DNA of 64,000 bases from Cenococcum geophilum (Eukaryota): contig CP158636.1 in NCBI GenBank assembly GCA_050273025.1, positions 11,842,001-11,906,000 on the forward strand, in the 5' to 3' direction. Position 1 is the first letter of the stretch; the number at the start of each line of letters is the position of its first letter. Positions 13,724 to 28,400 of the stretch are shown here, piece after piece. The notes beneath the pieces are model-generated. The model had not been told where the DNA came from, did not search any database, and was given only the letters and a program-made list of their open reading frames with translations. The translations under genes were made by a program, and so were the position numbers.

Positions 13724-14246
13724 TATATAGACGATTTAAGAGAATTAATTAATTAAGTAATTAAGATAGATAATAGAATCTATTAACGGAAATAGGCTAA
13801 AAGAGGTTAAGATAGAGTTCTATAGTCGTATAAGGCGTAAAGTATATAATAACTAAAATAAACCTAAAAACTATAATATAGCGTAGAGCTAATAGACCTA
13901 AGCGGTACTAAAGAAACCTATAAAAAATAAATAAAATAACTATAAAAGCCTAAAGGGTAAGGACCTAATAATTAAAGGCTAGGGGAATATAGGCTGAACT
14001 AGGGATCTTAATAGTAGAAGATATTTAGGCGTAACCTATAATAATAAAAATGGTTAAAGATAGAGCTTATATAAATTACGGAAAATAGGGTTATTTTACT
14101 AAAGACTATAAAAGTAGTTAGTATAATTATATAGTAAAGGAAACCTAACTAGTAAAAGATATATATATATAAAGAGATAATAGTATACTATAAGGAATAA
14201 AAGAATATTTGGTTAAAAGTTTCGCGTTTTATTATAATAATATATA

Positions 14247-16396
14247 ATAATAATAATTTATTGCTTAACGTCCGATTCGGATCCCTATTGGGCCCACGCG
14301 GACTACTCCTTATTTACATATAGGGAGAAAACTCAACTTAAGAAAGACTTAACTTGAGAAAACCCCGTAATCCATCTCCCTGCCTCTTAGGACTCGCCTA
14401 TAAGGCGCTTATAAGGCGCCTACAAGTTACCTATAGTGCTCCTACTACCTTACTTTTTAACCTCCTTGGGAACCACTACTGCCGTAACTAGCCTACGGAC
14501 GCGCTAGTATTATACACTTTACTTTACTACTATAGAGTTATTAGGGGGCGCCCGTTGCTCGCCCTTCCGCCCTTTATTATTATTTCCTTTACGACCCAAA
14601 ACTGGTTTAGTACATTTTAGCTAATAAGCCACTAGGTAACCGCCTTAAGGCCTTTTTATATTAAGAGTAGTATCTTATAGTTCTCTATACCAGCTACTAA
14701 GAGCATTACTTCTTAGTTAGTGCGTAAGGGGTATAATAGTATTACGTGTTTTGGTGTCTGTCTTAGCCAGCCATATTTACATCTTAGGCTACCTACTAGG
14801 ACACCCACCTAGTAGAGCCAGTCTTTTAGTCCTATTATTCCTGTTCTTAAGAGCGGTACCATTATATTTTCTGCCTTCATTAGGCCTTCTTAAAGCCCTA
14901 GGGTGTTTACCCCCCATAGCGTTAACTATGCTACGGCTTAGGTTCCTCTTACCTTAGTTAGCCTCTATATCTTTAACTCCTATATACCTCTCTAGCGTTA
15001 GTCCAGCCAGTATTATATTATAGTAGATGGTTTCCCGGCGTTCTTTTATGCTTTACTTTAGCTCCTTTCTCTCTCTTACTATTATCCTTACTGGCCTCTT
15101 ACACGTTTCCCTTCTTTCTCTATATAGGCCTAGGCCCTAAAGCAGCACTATTCTTCTTCTGCTTTCTTTACCTGTTTCTCTAATATATCTTCCCTACTTT
15201 AGGGTTATTGGTTTGTTCTCCTACAAGGCGCCCTAAAATCCCTCTATAGTTTATTTAGGCGTGTCTTAATATACTTTATAACATTAGAGTTACGTTCCTT
15301 TTGCGCCTTTTATATTGCAGCGGCTTTAATATATAGTTATAGGGGGGGAATATTAGCTTCCTTCTTAAGCAGAGCTGTAGCCTTTCGCTTATATCCGCCT
15401 ATTATACTCCGGAGGCAGGCTGTTTAGACCTTTTAGAGTAGTTTAAGGAGCGATTTAGGGGGGCCTTTCTTAGATTCTCTAATGGCCCAGATACTAGACC
15501 TATATGTTATGGTTGGCTAGACAACTGCTATATATAGTAGGCGTGACCTCTAGAAGCATGGACCCTATGTGGAATTAACGATCCTAGATAATGTGATATA
15601 CTGTGCTTGGCCCTTACAGGCCGCTTGCGCCGCATGTGCGCTCTACCGGAGCTTACTGTCTACCTATACTCCTAATACTCTTAGGCCCTGAACTGGTTAA
15701 CCCCTAAAGCCTTAGATGCGAATTATATACTAGAGATCTGCAGATTAGTTGCGTTTTCTTATAAAATGGATTAGCTGGTATTTCTCTAGTAAGAATTGGA
15801 CTCTATATCGTCTTGCCTATTCTATACAGGTATTATATACTTTCTCTAGTGTTCTACAATTCTTTGCGGCTGTTGGCCTATATATAATTAGGTTTATATT
15901 ATCAACAAAGCCTATCCCCTAGGTTGCCCCTTCCTTAAAGGAGTTAAGCAGGTTGCTTATAAAGAAAAGGAAGAGTATAGGCAAGAGGGGTAATCCTTAT
16001 AGTATTCCTATTGCAACTGCGATAGGGGGGCTTTAGTATCCGCTAAAGACTAGTAATGTTTCTTTTTGACCTGTAAACCCTTAAATAAATTATATAATCT
16101 ATTCTGGGAAGCCTTTTGCCCTAAGGATGTATAGGAGACGCTTGTGGGGTATATTATCGTAGGCGCCACTGATATCTAGGCTGAGCATTGATACTACGAA
16201 GTCCCTTCGCATCGCCCATGCAGATTTGATGGTGGCAGCGAGTAGCGTAAGTGCTGATAGTGTTGAGCGGTTCTTTCTTGCCCCCATTTAGCTTTGTAGT
16301 AGTAGGGCGTGTTCCTCAGCCGTGTCTGCTATGCGGTCCGCTATTACCCTTTCTAAGATCTTGCTAAGGGTATTCTCTAAGGCAATAGGGCGGTAG
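14247..16396 (-). mobile_element. 5'-truncated Tad1-like LINE (RT plus C-terminal CCHC finger)
   Basis: Minus strand starts at YRPIALENTLSKILEGVIADR and continues through SLDISGAYDNIPH (ORF 16099..16287), GIxQGxPLLPILFLFFI, GFVD(D/N) and a terminal C-x-C-x8-H-x4-C motif (de-RIPed RCECGWPRQTPKHVILxCP, ~14730-14785). It has an (ATT)n 3' tail and a TSD TATAATAATATATA at 14233-14246 and 16397-16410. Confidence 0.92.
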
Positions 16397-19300
16397 TATA
16401 ATAATATATACTAAATTTATAAGGACGCTAAGTATAGTATAAGCTATTAGCTATAGGAGCTAAAACCTTTAAAGTATAAGGGAACTAATAAACTATTATA
16501 TAGATTAGATATTAAGGATAATAAATTTAATATAAGCGAAATATTTAGTAATAAAGAGGTAATAAAGGTAGCTTACTAGGAGTATATAGACCTTAAGGAC
16601 GTAATAATAGAAGTAGAGACTAAGACCGCTATAAAGTAAGGTTTAGTAATAAGAATTATAATACTATTAGATACGGCATCTATTGCTTTATAAAACGGTA
16701 GAAAGAGTATCCTAAAGGGATTAAGTAGGTAAATAATTACTAATGCTAATTTACTACCTAATAAAGGTAAAAGGCTATAGATTTAAGATTTTTATAAAGA
16801 GATATAAGGAACCTAAGGACCTATAATAGACGAAAACTAATAAAGTAGGGTAGTAGCTTAGTTTAAAAATATATAAATAAGCTTAGGATAGAGTTTCTTA
16901 AAGGTATAAGATTCTTAAGATAAGATAAGTAAAATTTAAGACTCTTAAGATAAGATAAAAATACCTAAGTCTAGTTAGATTAAGATAGGAGTAAAGCTTA
17001 AGAAAAAAATAAGTTTAAAATTAAAGATTTTAAAGAACTAAGAATTTAGAGAATAAATAAGGTCTATAGTAATCCTAGGTAAATATAGTATTTAGCCTAA
17101 AGATTAAAAAGTTAATACTAAAATTAAAAAGTAAAAAGACTTTAAGGATCTACTTATAAGATATAAATAAATAAAAACTACGGTAGAATTTAAAATAAGA
17201 ATTACCATATAGTAAGAATAAAAACTAAATAAGAGATTTAGTATACTAGGACGTATAAAAGATAGAGTATCTATATAATAAATTATTAATAGGCTAAGAG
17301 TAGGCATACTAAGAGCTAAGTAGCTTACTAAACTAGAAGATAAAGAGGATTTAGGGATTTTAACTAGGTTTAAAAAATAATATATAAAAGGTTATTATAA
17401 TATAGTAATAAGAAGATACTTCCTTACGGATAGACTATATATACTTAAAAAGCTATGCTAAAAGTGGTATAGGTAGCGATATAATAATAAATAAAAAGAT
17501 TTCTATATATAGCTAAATAAATAAGTTATCTAAAACTATCTAATTATAGAGAAGGCTATAACTTATATTAAAGGAGCCTTAATTATAATATTAAAGGATT
17601 TAAAGGAGTAATTAAAGAACTAAAGAAGTAAGAAGTAAATCTTAATACTAGTAAATAAAGTTATAATGCTTAGATTAATATAGTATAGGTTTAAACTTAA
17701 GAATAAAAATAAGCTAAGAGTTAACCTAAAATACTAAGCGTATTATATATTAGTATAGATTATATATATAGATAATATATATAATATATATAAAGCACTA
17801 AAAGAAAAGAACTAGAAGTACCTAGTAAGGATATATTAGGTATTAGAAAAGGTAAAATATAAAAATACTAAGTATATATATAGTTGGCACCTAGTAGAAG
17901 TTTAAGGATAAGGGGACTCAATATTTTAACTAGGAAGATTCCTTATGGAAGAATACCTAAATAAATAATAGTAGTGGGAATGCCTAAAGAATATCTATCT
18001 ATAGTATATTAAAGAAAAGAAGCAAATTAAATATTAGTTAAAAGTAAACTAAGTATAAGTAGAATCTAGTAGCTAATAGTTAGGAAAAGTAGAGGCCTAT
18101 AAAACTAAAGGGAACTAGTAGTAGAGCCTTAAACCCTTAAAGGAATTTAAGAATAATACCTAAATTTAAGAATTAATTAGTAAAATTAGTAGTTTAAAGT
18201 ATTAGTAGATAGTAAAGTAATAAGGAACTATATTTTACTAATAATAGTTAAAAGGATAGGACTACTATATAGATAAAAGGAGTACCTATATTTGCTAGTA
18301 ATAATTTTAGAAGATCTAATAGCCTATAAAGGAAGTATTATTAACCTGAAAATAGGACCTATTTAGATAACCATTAAAGGGAAATAAGTTAGAATATTTT
18401 TTAATATCTTACTATTAGGATAAGATAAGGTAGTATTAGAAATACCTTAGTTATAGAAATATAATCTAAAGATTAATTAGGTTATAGGTTAGGTTAATAT
18501 AAAAAATATTTAATAATATAAGATATAATAATAAACTAAGTTAGAGTAATATATAAAGAAACTAATTAGGGATTAAGTTATATACTAAAGAGATACTATA
18601 AATATAGTAAAAAACTATAGTTACTAAAAAGTAAAAAGCTATTAGAGTATATAGCGTAGGACTATAAGATAAAGTTAGAACTAGGAATAAATTTAAGGTT
18701 TTACCTAACCTATAAGCTTATAAAAAAGGAGTTATAGGCACTTAAAGAGTTTATTTAGGAAAATTTATAAAAGGGATAACGTATTTTATTATCGAGTTAA
18801 TATTATCACCAAGTTAACACTTCTTCGTCTACGACCCGACGCGTAAACGCAACACATAATAGCACCATAACGCAATATAAATTTAGCTTATACTAAAGGC
18901 TTAATACAGCTTACTATCTTAGCTTTTAATTTATACTAAGTTAAAACAAAAAAACGCGCTTTTAAAATCTATAACGTACCGTAAATAATACTCTATAACT
19001 AACTTACCGGATAATACCCTTAATATAACTATAAACTAAACTTAAAATAAATAACTCCCCTTAAAAAATAGACGATTATATAGTATATACTTAATAATAA
19101 TATATATAGAATACCGCCCTTAAAGGACTTAGTATAAGATATAGCTAATAAACTACTAAAAGAGTGGGGTTAGAAGCCTATTAGTAAGTGCTAAGTTAAC
19201 TACTTTATATACTATAGACCTAAGCTTAAAATAAGATAAACCCGACCGTATAACTACTAGCGAGCCGCCTATAAGGACCTAGCAGTTATCTATCCCTAGT

Positions 19301-19523
19301 TTATACTTATTTAATTAATTAAGCTTAAGTACGGTATCCTTAATAAAGACACCTATAATTTTAATAAGTTAGGGTTTATAATAGGCAAAATTATACCTTA
19401 GCTTATTATTATAGGGGCTAATAAACCTAGTAAATATAAGAAATTATAGCCTAGTAATTAGGAGTGGGTTACTTTAATATAAGGCGTTAGGTTAATAGGG
19501 AAGTAAATTTTACCCTTTATTAT

Positions 19524-22500
19524 TGTTGGTAATATAGGGTAACTCCCTCACCAGTACTACTCGAGTAGATATAGTAATGTTGTTTTAATAATGCTTAATT
19601 TTTAATTAGAATAAGGAAGGGCGAAGAGCTTAAGGCTCCTCGCCACGCTAGTGCCGCGACAACACGTGACGACCGCTTGCCTTATTCCCAACACTAGCAA
19701 CTCTTCTTTTATAGTTGCTATCTATATATACTTATAAATTACTACTATACAAAGATACTAAGCGAAGAAGAAGAAGAAGAACGTTAGGGGTTAACGCGAA
19801 GGCGAGGGGCCGCCAAGGCGCTAGTAGTAAGCGAGCTAATAGCGATTTTTCATGCCGGGTATGGAAAATCCTAATTGGCTAGTTGAAATCAGGGTCTGCG
19901 GAATGTTATACTCTTACTCCCTTTTAACCTAACCTTTAACCCATATATATAGAGTATTTATATTAACAAACGTTTCTAGAGCCTTATTTAGGTTTACCTT
20001 TATTATTATATTTACCAGGTTGTCTTAGCTATTAATCCATTAAATCTTAAAGAGTTTTTGCTATTTATAGAATTGCTAAAGTGCCATAATGTCAATTATA
20101 AGGCGCTTCTCCTTTATGGTATTAAGCTTAACTAAGCACTTATAAAGGGAATATAAGTCGGTATACACAATTATAGGGATAACGGGAAATTCGAGTTAAT
20201 TTATAATTATCTTTAGGGTAGTTCTAATTGTAATTACTATATTAACTCTACTAACTATTCTATATATCTCTAACGCTAGAACGCTTTAAATAACGCGCTT
20301 ACTCTTAGTTAAGCTCTAATAAATAAAATTACTGTAGATTATAAAGTCATTTTCTCTAGTAAATTCGTTTATAATAATAATCTTATATCCTAGCTAGGAG
20401 CTAAAATCTTTATTGTTTATAAACGATCTATTAACAAATATAAAGAGCTTAGTAGTAGGAAGGTTAATAGGCATATAAAGTAATCCCCAATTAAGATAGT
20501 TTATTTACTAAAAAAGGCGCTTATTTAGGGCAAGAATATCTTCCTTAGTTAGTTCCTAGTGTTAGGCGGCAATAGAGAGATTAAAGAAAGCCTTAGGTTA
20601 ATAGATAGAAGTAATATAAGCTCCGCAAGCGCGTTACTTCACATATCCTTATTTTAGAGAATTAACGTTAATAACGTTAATCTTCTTACCTTAACCCTTC
20701 TAACATAAAGCAATAGAATCCTTATTTAGGGAGAGGATACATTTATTAAAGAGCAGTGGTGTTATTAAGTTAAGTCTTTCCTTTAGCTTTACTATAAGAT
20801 TTACCTTTACTAGCTTATCTTCTTTAAGGGCTAAAAATTAGCCGTCTCCTAAGATAATTATATTATTAGTTTATATGCCAACAATTCTAAATAGAGTTCC
20901 CGTAGTTATAATAAGGAAGTAGGGGTTAAATATAGAAGTAGTTATTAAAAGCTTCTCTTTATAGTGCTTACTATAAGTAGCCCACTAGTAAGTTCCTACC
21001 TCTGCAATTCTATATAATGGCTTAAGTATAACCATAATTATATCTTTAGGATATTGGTAGCGAATTTACTCTAAAAGGTATGCTAGTATTAAGCGCTAAA
21101 GGCGCATCTCTAATTAGGTATAGGCTTAAGTAATATCTTATAAATAAACCGCTATTCTATTCTTTATTAAGGAGGAAGCTAGCGTAATAATAACTCGCTA
21201 ACTAGCTTATTAAATCATAGGGGATTATATAAGAATTACTTCCTTACTATTATTATTATAGCCTTAAATAACTAGTCTCGACTTCTTAAATGGGGTATTA
21301 GTAGCTTTGCCTTTAATCTTATAAACTATTCTTAACTTAAAGATACGAACTCTATTAAACTTAGTAGGGTTATACTTCTTAAATTTAAAGACTCCTCTTG
21401 TAATAAGACCGTTAATCTCCTACTTATTAAATGCTTAGAAAGGGGCTCCTAAAGTTATAATACGGCCTTCCTTTTAGAGTTATTTTACAAGCTTAAAGTT
21501 TGCCTTCTCTTTAACTATTATAAAGGCTATTAACAACTTAACTCTACTCTTAATGGTGGTAATAAATTACTCTTTAAATTAATAAGATATTAGCAATTTT
21601 ATAATCCCTTTAGGCGACCTCTACCGCGCCGTGGTTACGGCATATCTACTATAATTATATTAGAATCGTAGTCGCCTTCTAGAGCACGTTAATTATGGTT
21701 CTCCTTTAGGGTATCCTCTATAGCATCCTATAAAGGCTTAAAACTATCGTCCCTATAGTAGGGCTTAATAATAGTTAAGCGGAATTAAGTGGGTTTATAG
21801 GGCATCTAAAGAGTATAAGTTTAACCCTTAATAGCGATAAGTGTGTATAGGCCTAACCAGCCCCCTTTCTTACGCCATACCCGTACTTTAGATTAGAGTG
21901 GTAAATCTATTATTATTAAGGTATTTAGGCCGTTTCTTATTCTTAGTACGTTGTTAACCTAGCACGTAGCGTAGATGCGGCGCACCTCCTTTATTGCCTT
22001 ATAAATAGCCTCAGCTCGTTATATAACGGATAGAGATAGTAAAGAATTATTAGTTATTTAAGGGTAGGCACTAAAGACTAGTAACGTAGGTACGAGCCTA
22101 TCTGGGCTAGCGGAATCGTTAACAGCCTTAATAGCCATCTATAATATAAGCTCTTTACTAGCGCCCTTTAGTTCTAAAGAAATAATCTTATATGCTTGGC
22201 GTAATAGCGTGTAATATCATTCTACTTTTCTAATACTATTATGTGCCTTAATAGGGACTTCCTTAACCTTAATTTCTATTATCTTTGCCTATTACCGAAA
22301 CTCTATAGATAAGAAGTTCCTTCCTTCGTCGTGAATAACTCAATTAGGGGGTCCTAGGTAGACATTAATCTAGCATAATTAGAGAGTATCCATACATTCC
22401 TAGCTAATATATTCTTTAGAAAGCGTACGGCTTAGAAGGAAGTTAAGAGGTTAATAACTTGGAGTACTGGCTTGCCGCTAAGGTATATAATATCAATAAT

Positions 22501-25483
22501 AATATAGAAGTTGAAGTCGTAGTTATCTTTAAGGGTGAACTTGAATCGGCCAGGGGACTTCTAGTTTATTTAGTAGTAATAGTAGTACTTTATAAGATAC
22601 TTAATCGTCTTAGCCTTAACTTTATAACCTACTTACTAAAGAACCCTAAGCAATCTATAAACTGATAGATGACTAAAGCAACGGTGTAGTTAACGTAACT
22701 CCAACTTAGTCAAATAGCTCTAAGCAACGCTCCTTTCTAGCTATTAAAGGAGTAACTAAGGGTGACCCCACTTGCGTATAACGGGCACCCGATTATCTCC
22801 CTAAACGAGCATATTTTTAAGGTTATCTAGCTTAACGCCTAACTTATCTATTTCTTGGATGCAGAATAGAAATGGGGTGTTCGTGGGAATAATATGGAAA
22901 GTAATACATCCTAACGGGGTTTGGACCTTAATTATACCAAAAGAAATCGCAGTACCCTTACTAAAGCGAATTATATATTAGCCTGCCGTTAATTAGTTAA
23001 TCTAAACAGAGCTATTAATCTACTAAAGAGCTTAAACTTAAGGTTCTCCTACTATAAATACTCCTGCGGCTCTAGTATCTGGCATAATACTATAGAAGAC
23101 GTTCGCCGAGTATCTGTTGTTAAAGGAGAACGCGGAACTTTCCTTTAGCTTATTAAAGATATCTAACTTTATAATAGAATAAAGCGTAGATTAGTTATTA
23201 AGGACAGCAATAGTTTGTGTGCTATTTACCTTACTATACTTAGTGAAGTATTGGTTAGGAGAGTAGTCCTTAATTTCCATATCTATAAGAAGCTATTCGG
23301 CCTTATTAACCTTACCCTTAAGATCTTCTTCGCCTTTATATTAAACTAAAAAGCTTTAAAAGTAGGCCGTAGTAACCTCTCGGTTTCCGATGTTTTGTGC
23401 GCTCTGGTAAAACTTATTATATACCTCCTTTTATCTATTAAGGGGGTGCCTAGTTAACTAGCAATTTGGCTTCTTATAAACGTAGCACTTCTTCTAACGA
23501 TTGCTCCGAAATAAACCTCCACAATTGCCTTATGGTCAACGTTAATTATACCCTCTACTATATCCCCTACCGCGGCCACCATATATTCGGTTAGTCTAGT
23601 TATAATCATATTAGTTAGCCAGGTCGATTAAAGTAGGTTAGGGTTAGGTATTAAATTGCTGTACTTCTTAAGAGCGTAGAGCGGTGCCAATAGAGGATCT
23701 TAATTAAGCACACACTCCTTTATAAGTATTTGCAGGATTAAAGAGAGTAAGGTTGCATTCTTTAACACCTTAGTATACGCTAATAATTTAATCGCATAGG
23801 CTGAAGTCCTCTTAATATAATTTAGATAAACCACACTAAATTATCTAAAGTCGATTAAAGAGCTTTTAAAGACAATTAAGTTAAGAGACATCTAGGTTTA
23901 TCGCAATAATCCTTAGAAAGGTAATCTCTCTCTACTCCGATATATACTACTGCTTATTCTCCTCTGTTTTAAAGTAGCATCTTATCTTATATATTATTCG
24001 GTTAAAATTATATCCTTTTCCTGCCAAATAATTATAATAGAAGGTACTAGCGCGGCCCTTAAGCATAATGGAGTAGGCGTTATAATATTAGTTAGGTTCC
24101 AGTCTAACCTTCTAGCAATAGTTATAAAAGATACGTAGCTTTGAATTAAGGATATCATACAGTTCCCCGCTAAACCTCTTCTCCTAGTCCAAATAGAGCT
24201 TTATAAGCTCTGTAAGCATTTTTAAAGTGCCTCCGAGCGGTATTAGGCCACGTTAAAATTGCGTTAGAGATTAAGGTGGGGATTGCTTTATAGGCTACAG
24301 TGGAGATATAGATCTTAATAGAACACGGCGTAGTACCTAATCTTACTATAATAGGGTTCGAAGGTTATTAAATCGCGAAGCAAGGGGATCTTACGCTTGC
24401 TCTTATTTAGTAGTTAAAGTTATAGGTTAAATTAGTGGATTTTGGGGAGCTAAAGATAATAGAAGCAATAGATACGGAATATAAGAACTTATACCTAAAG
24501 CAATAGAATTTAAACGTGTCTCTATTAGTATATTATTCGGATTTTATCATAAGTTAAGCTTCTTTATAGTGCGTAGTTAGTGCTTAATCCCTTATAGAGT
24601 CCATTTGTGCTCTTCTTTTACGTTAATAACTTACTCCTAAATATTGTCTCTAATAGCGCTTCCATCTATAGGGACAAATACTTTATTCTCCCGAAGGAAG
24701 TTACGGAAGTCTCGTACGATAAGCTTATTCGCAAGAGCCTATATTTCCTTTATCCATCCAACAAAGTCCTCCTTTATGCAATACTATAGCATAGTGTCGT
24801 TGTATTCGCTGTCTATATAGTGTACCATATAGTATAATAAGAATCCGTTTAGGTCCTTTTGCTCGGCGTTTACAGGGTTAATATCTTTATTCCATGTCTT
24901 TGGGTTAATGTCTTCTTCGTACTTCTTTGGGTAGGTTAACGCTATAATAGGTCGAAGGTAGGTAGGGTTTTCGGTTTTATAGAATCTCGTAGGTTTGCTA
25001 TCAAAAGGTAGGCAATTTAAGATGTTGTTTGACGCGTTTCGGACGTTAACTTGGGACCCTAGGTTTAGTAACACTTCTAACCTAAAGTATAACCAAATCT
25101 TTATAAACGCGATTGTTCTGCGTAATGGACGCAACTTGGTATCTCCTAGTACTTAGTAACACTTCTATTACTAGTTTTCCGCAAGTCTAAGGTAGCATAG
25201 TATCGCCGGGATCTATTCCATATAAGCGCATATGGCACCCCTATATAAGACTGTCTCTTCTATTCGAAGACCTAGCTGCTCTGTGGTTGACTATATATTT
25301 AACTACTAATTAGTATTAGTAATACAGGGTAACTCCCTCACTAGTACTACTCGAGTAGATACAGTGATATTGTTTTAATAATACTTGATTTTTAATTGGA
25401 ATAAGGAAGGGCGAAGAGCTTAAGGCTCCTCGCCACGCTAGTGCCGCGACGACACGTGACGACCGCTTGCCTTATTCCCGACA
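19524..25483 (-). mobile_element. Copia B: full-length Ty1/Copia (GalEa-like), minus strand, inside the Fot1 element
   Basis: 170-bp LTRs at 19524-19693 and 25314-25483. TSD ATTAT at 19519-19523 and 25484-25488. The pol region is the reverse complement of Copia A pol, differing mostly by transitions. Confidence 0.95.
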
Positions 25484-28400
25484 ATTATCTTTACGGGTAA
25501 GGTCCTTATTTTAACTTAGTTTAAAGATCTGCCTTATAACTAGGTTATTACAGTTAGCCTTTTTAGCTAAACTAATAATAACCTTATAGTTAGCTGGCTA
25601 TACTACTTTAATATATATTTAAGTCGCCTTTAAGCTAGAGTGTATAGGCTTCTTATTATTAATAAATATAAAAGCTATTACTTACTTAAATTCTAGGATC
25701 TTTATAAGGAAAAGAAGATTATTACTCTCTATATACCTCTATATTTATTACACCTACTATAACCCCTTAATATTACCTACTTCTCGCCGTTAAAATATAT
25801 ATATAGTAATAAGATCTTAGCCTTAGCACGCAACCGGATTATATATATTACTAAAAAAGACTTTTATTAGCGTTTAAAATAGCGTATAATAAAGCCTTTA
25901 TAGAGGATAATATTTAAGCAGGCTTTAGAGGCGCTAGGCTAGTCCTACTTAATCCAGATATTATAATATTAAAGCTTAATATATAACTGCGTACGCTAAC
26001 TCCGCCTATACCCTAGCGTACTACCTAGGAACTAAAAATACTATATAACGCTAATAAAATAGAGTTATAATTAAAGCTAGTTTATAATAAAATTAGAAAT
26101 TACTATAGGTTACTAGTAAGTTCTATTAATAAAATAATTACGTAGCTTGCTAAAGGCGCTTAACAGATTACTTATAAAATGGTATTAATATATAAGAAAA
26201 TTGCTTAACTTTAAAAAGCTGCTAATATAAAGGTAAAGTAAAAAAGCTATAAAAGGTGGTATATATAGAATAAGGAGACTCTAATAGTTAAAAAGGTAGT
26301 TAACTGTCGGAATGTTAGTCATATAACGTGGTCGCGAGACCACGAAGCGAGGCTAGCTAACCTGACCTTAGAGCAACCCCTTACTTCTAGACTATTAATT
26401 AACTACTAACTTTAACATAGCATACGTACCACTATAAGTGATATTCGTGCACGTTAATAATGTAAGTATACCGACACTAATCAGTAGACGTATAGATTAG
26501 GAATTACGCAATAGCAAAGCTCGAAACCACGTATTAGCTTAACTGCTAACGCGTTAGATCGCAGAGCTATCGCCCTATTTCAGTTAAAGGAGAAAACTAC
26601 GTTACCCTCAAAGCTCGAGACCACGTATCAGCTTACTAATACGTTAGATCGCCTAGAGAATTATATCTTTACTTAAAGAGAGCTACGTTATCCTTAAAGC
26701 TCGAAACCACGTATCAGCTTAACTGTTAACGCGTTAAATCGCCTAGAGGACCCTTAAAGCTTAAAACCACGTATTAACTTAACTGTTAACGTGTTAGATC
26801 GCCTAGAGGACCATATCTCTACTAAGAATCGTCTACAGTGTTTAAGAACTGTAGATTCGTTAATAGGACACGTATATACCTTTACACCCTTACCTTAAAC
26901 CTTAACTTCTTCAAACTGACGACTATCCTTATACCTACCCTTATACCTACCCTTATATACAAAGACACGACAATATAGAAATTAACTAGAAGGAAAGAAT
27001 TACTAAATACGGCTACGGAATCGACTTAAAGACGGCTATAGATAATAACCTAACAGAGTATATGGAGACTAAGATACACCTATATACACAATCTAACCTT
27101 ATAGACTTTGTATTATGGATAGTGTTTTAGGAAGACTTTAAGAACTTTACGCTAGAGACCTTTAAACGAGTATAATCTAATACTAGAATAGGAATCCGTT
27201 AATACCTAGTTAAGAGAGAAGTATATATTGTTAAGCAAGATAAGAGATACTCCCTTAGTAAGGTACTAACGGACATCGCTAATAAAGAAGAGTTTTATAA
27301 ATAAACGGATAAGGAGCTTACCGCAGCCCTTATAGAGGTAAAGCCAATAATTATAATAACTCTGCAAAACCGACTTAATTTAACCTTAGACAAGCTTACT
27401 ATACCTCCAGCCCCACTACTAGCTACTCTACTAACTCCACCAGCTATTCCAGCTGCTATACTACTAGCTACTTCGGTTACTGCACCGCCAGCTACTCCAG
27501 CTGCTGTACCACCAGCTACTCCAATTGCTACCCCCACTACCCCTAATACCCCCCCCGGTCCTTAATCCTCCAATTATAACTAAATCTACGCTCTTATTAA
27601 CTAACTGCTATGGCTAAGAAAGCAGTAACTGTAGCAGCTACGGCAGCCGCAGCAGCCACATATATATATACTACTTAAACTAGCCATACCTAGTGTGGAG
27701 CAAGGACCTAGGCAAGGACCTAGATACAGTAAGGAGGTAGCCACGATTATAAAGATCTACATAGACGACCAAAAGTATAATAGAGTTAGTGATAGCTTTA
27801 ACTTTAAGTTAACCATCTTCTATAACACCTATAAGAGATCTAGCTTACCACCAGAAGGCTATACAGTGGCATTCCCTAGTATGCTAAAGGGGCTTGCTTA
27901 GGACCACTACTATAACAGTAACCTTAAGTTAAGACCTTTTACTAAAGCCTATAACTATATATAACAATTCTTTAAAGGGCCGGAATACTACCGTAAGAAC
28001 CTTATGGAGTAGAATAGTATAACCCTCTAAGGAGTTATAAACGAGAACCCTAATAAGTTAATCTATTAAAACTTCTAACTGCTTATAGATAAACTGCTAA
28101 AGCAACGTCATAGACTATACCTAGACTTTTGTATAAACTGTATTTTTATAAATAAGTTAGTTACTGCTTGCCAGGGAGTACCAGTATGCCGTATTACTGT
28201 CTCCAACCCTTTAAAAGACCTCTCTTAGTTAATTAGTAAGCTACAATCCTCTATTATTACGTAGGAAAAAGAATACCCCCTATAGGCCTTAATAAGATTA
28301 TCTTACTAAGCCTTTTTTACGGATTAACGTTACTACTAAAATAACCAGGATCAAGACCGAAACACTAATTGCTATAATAGTAATCGCCCCTATAGAACTA

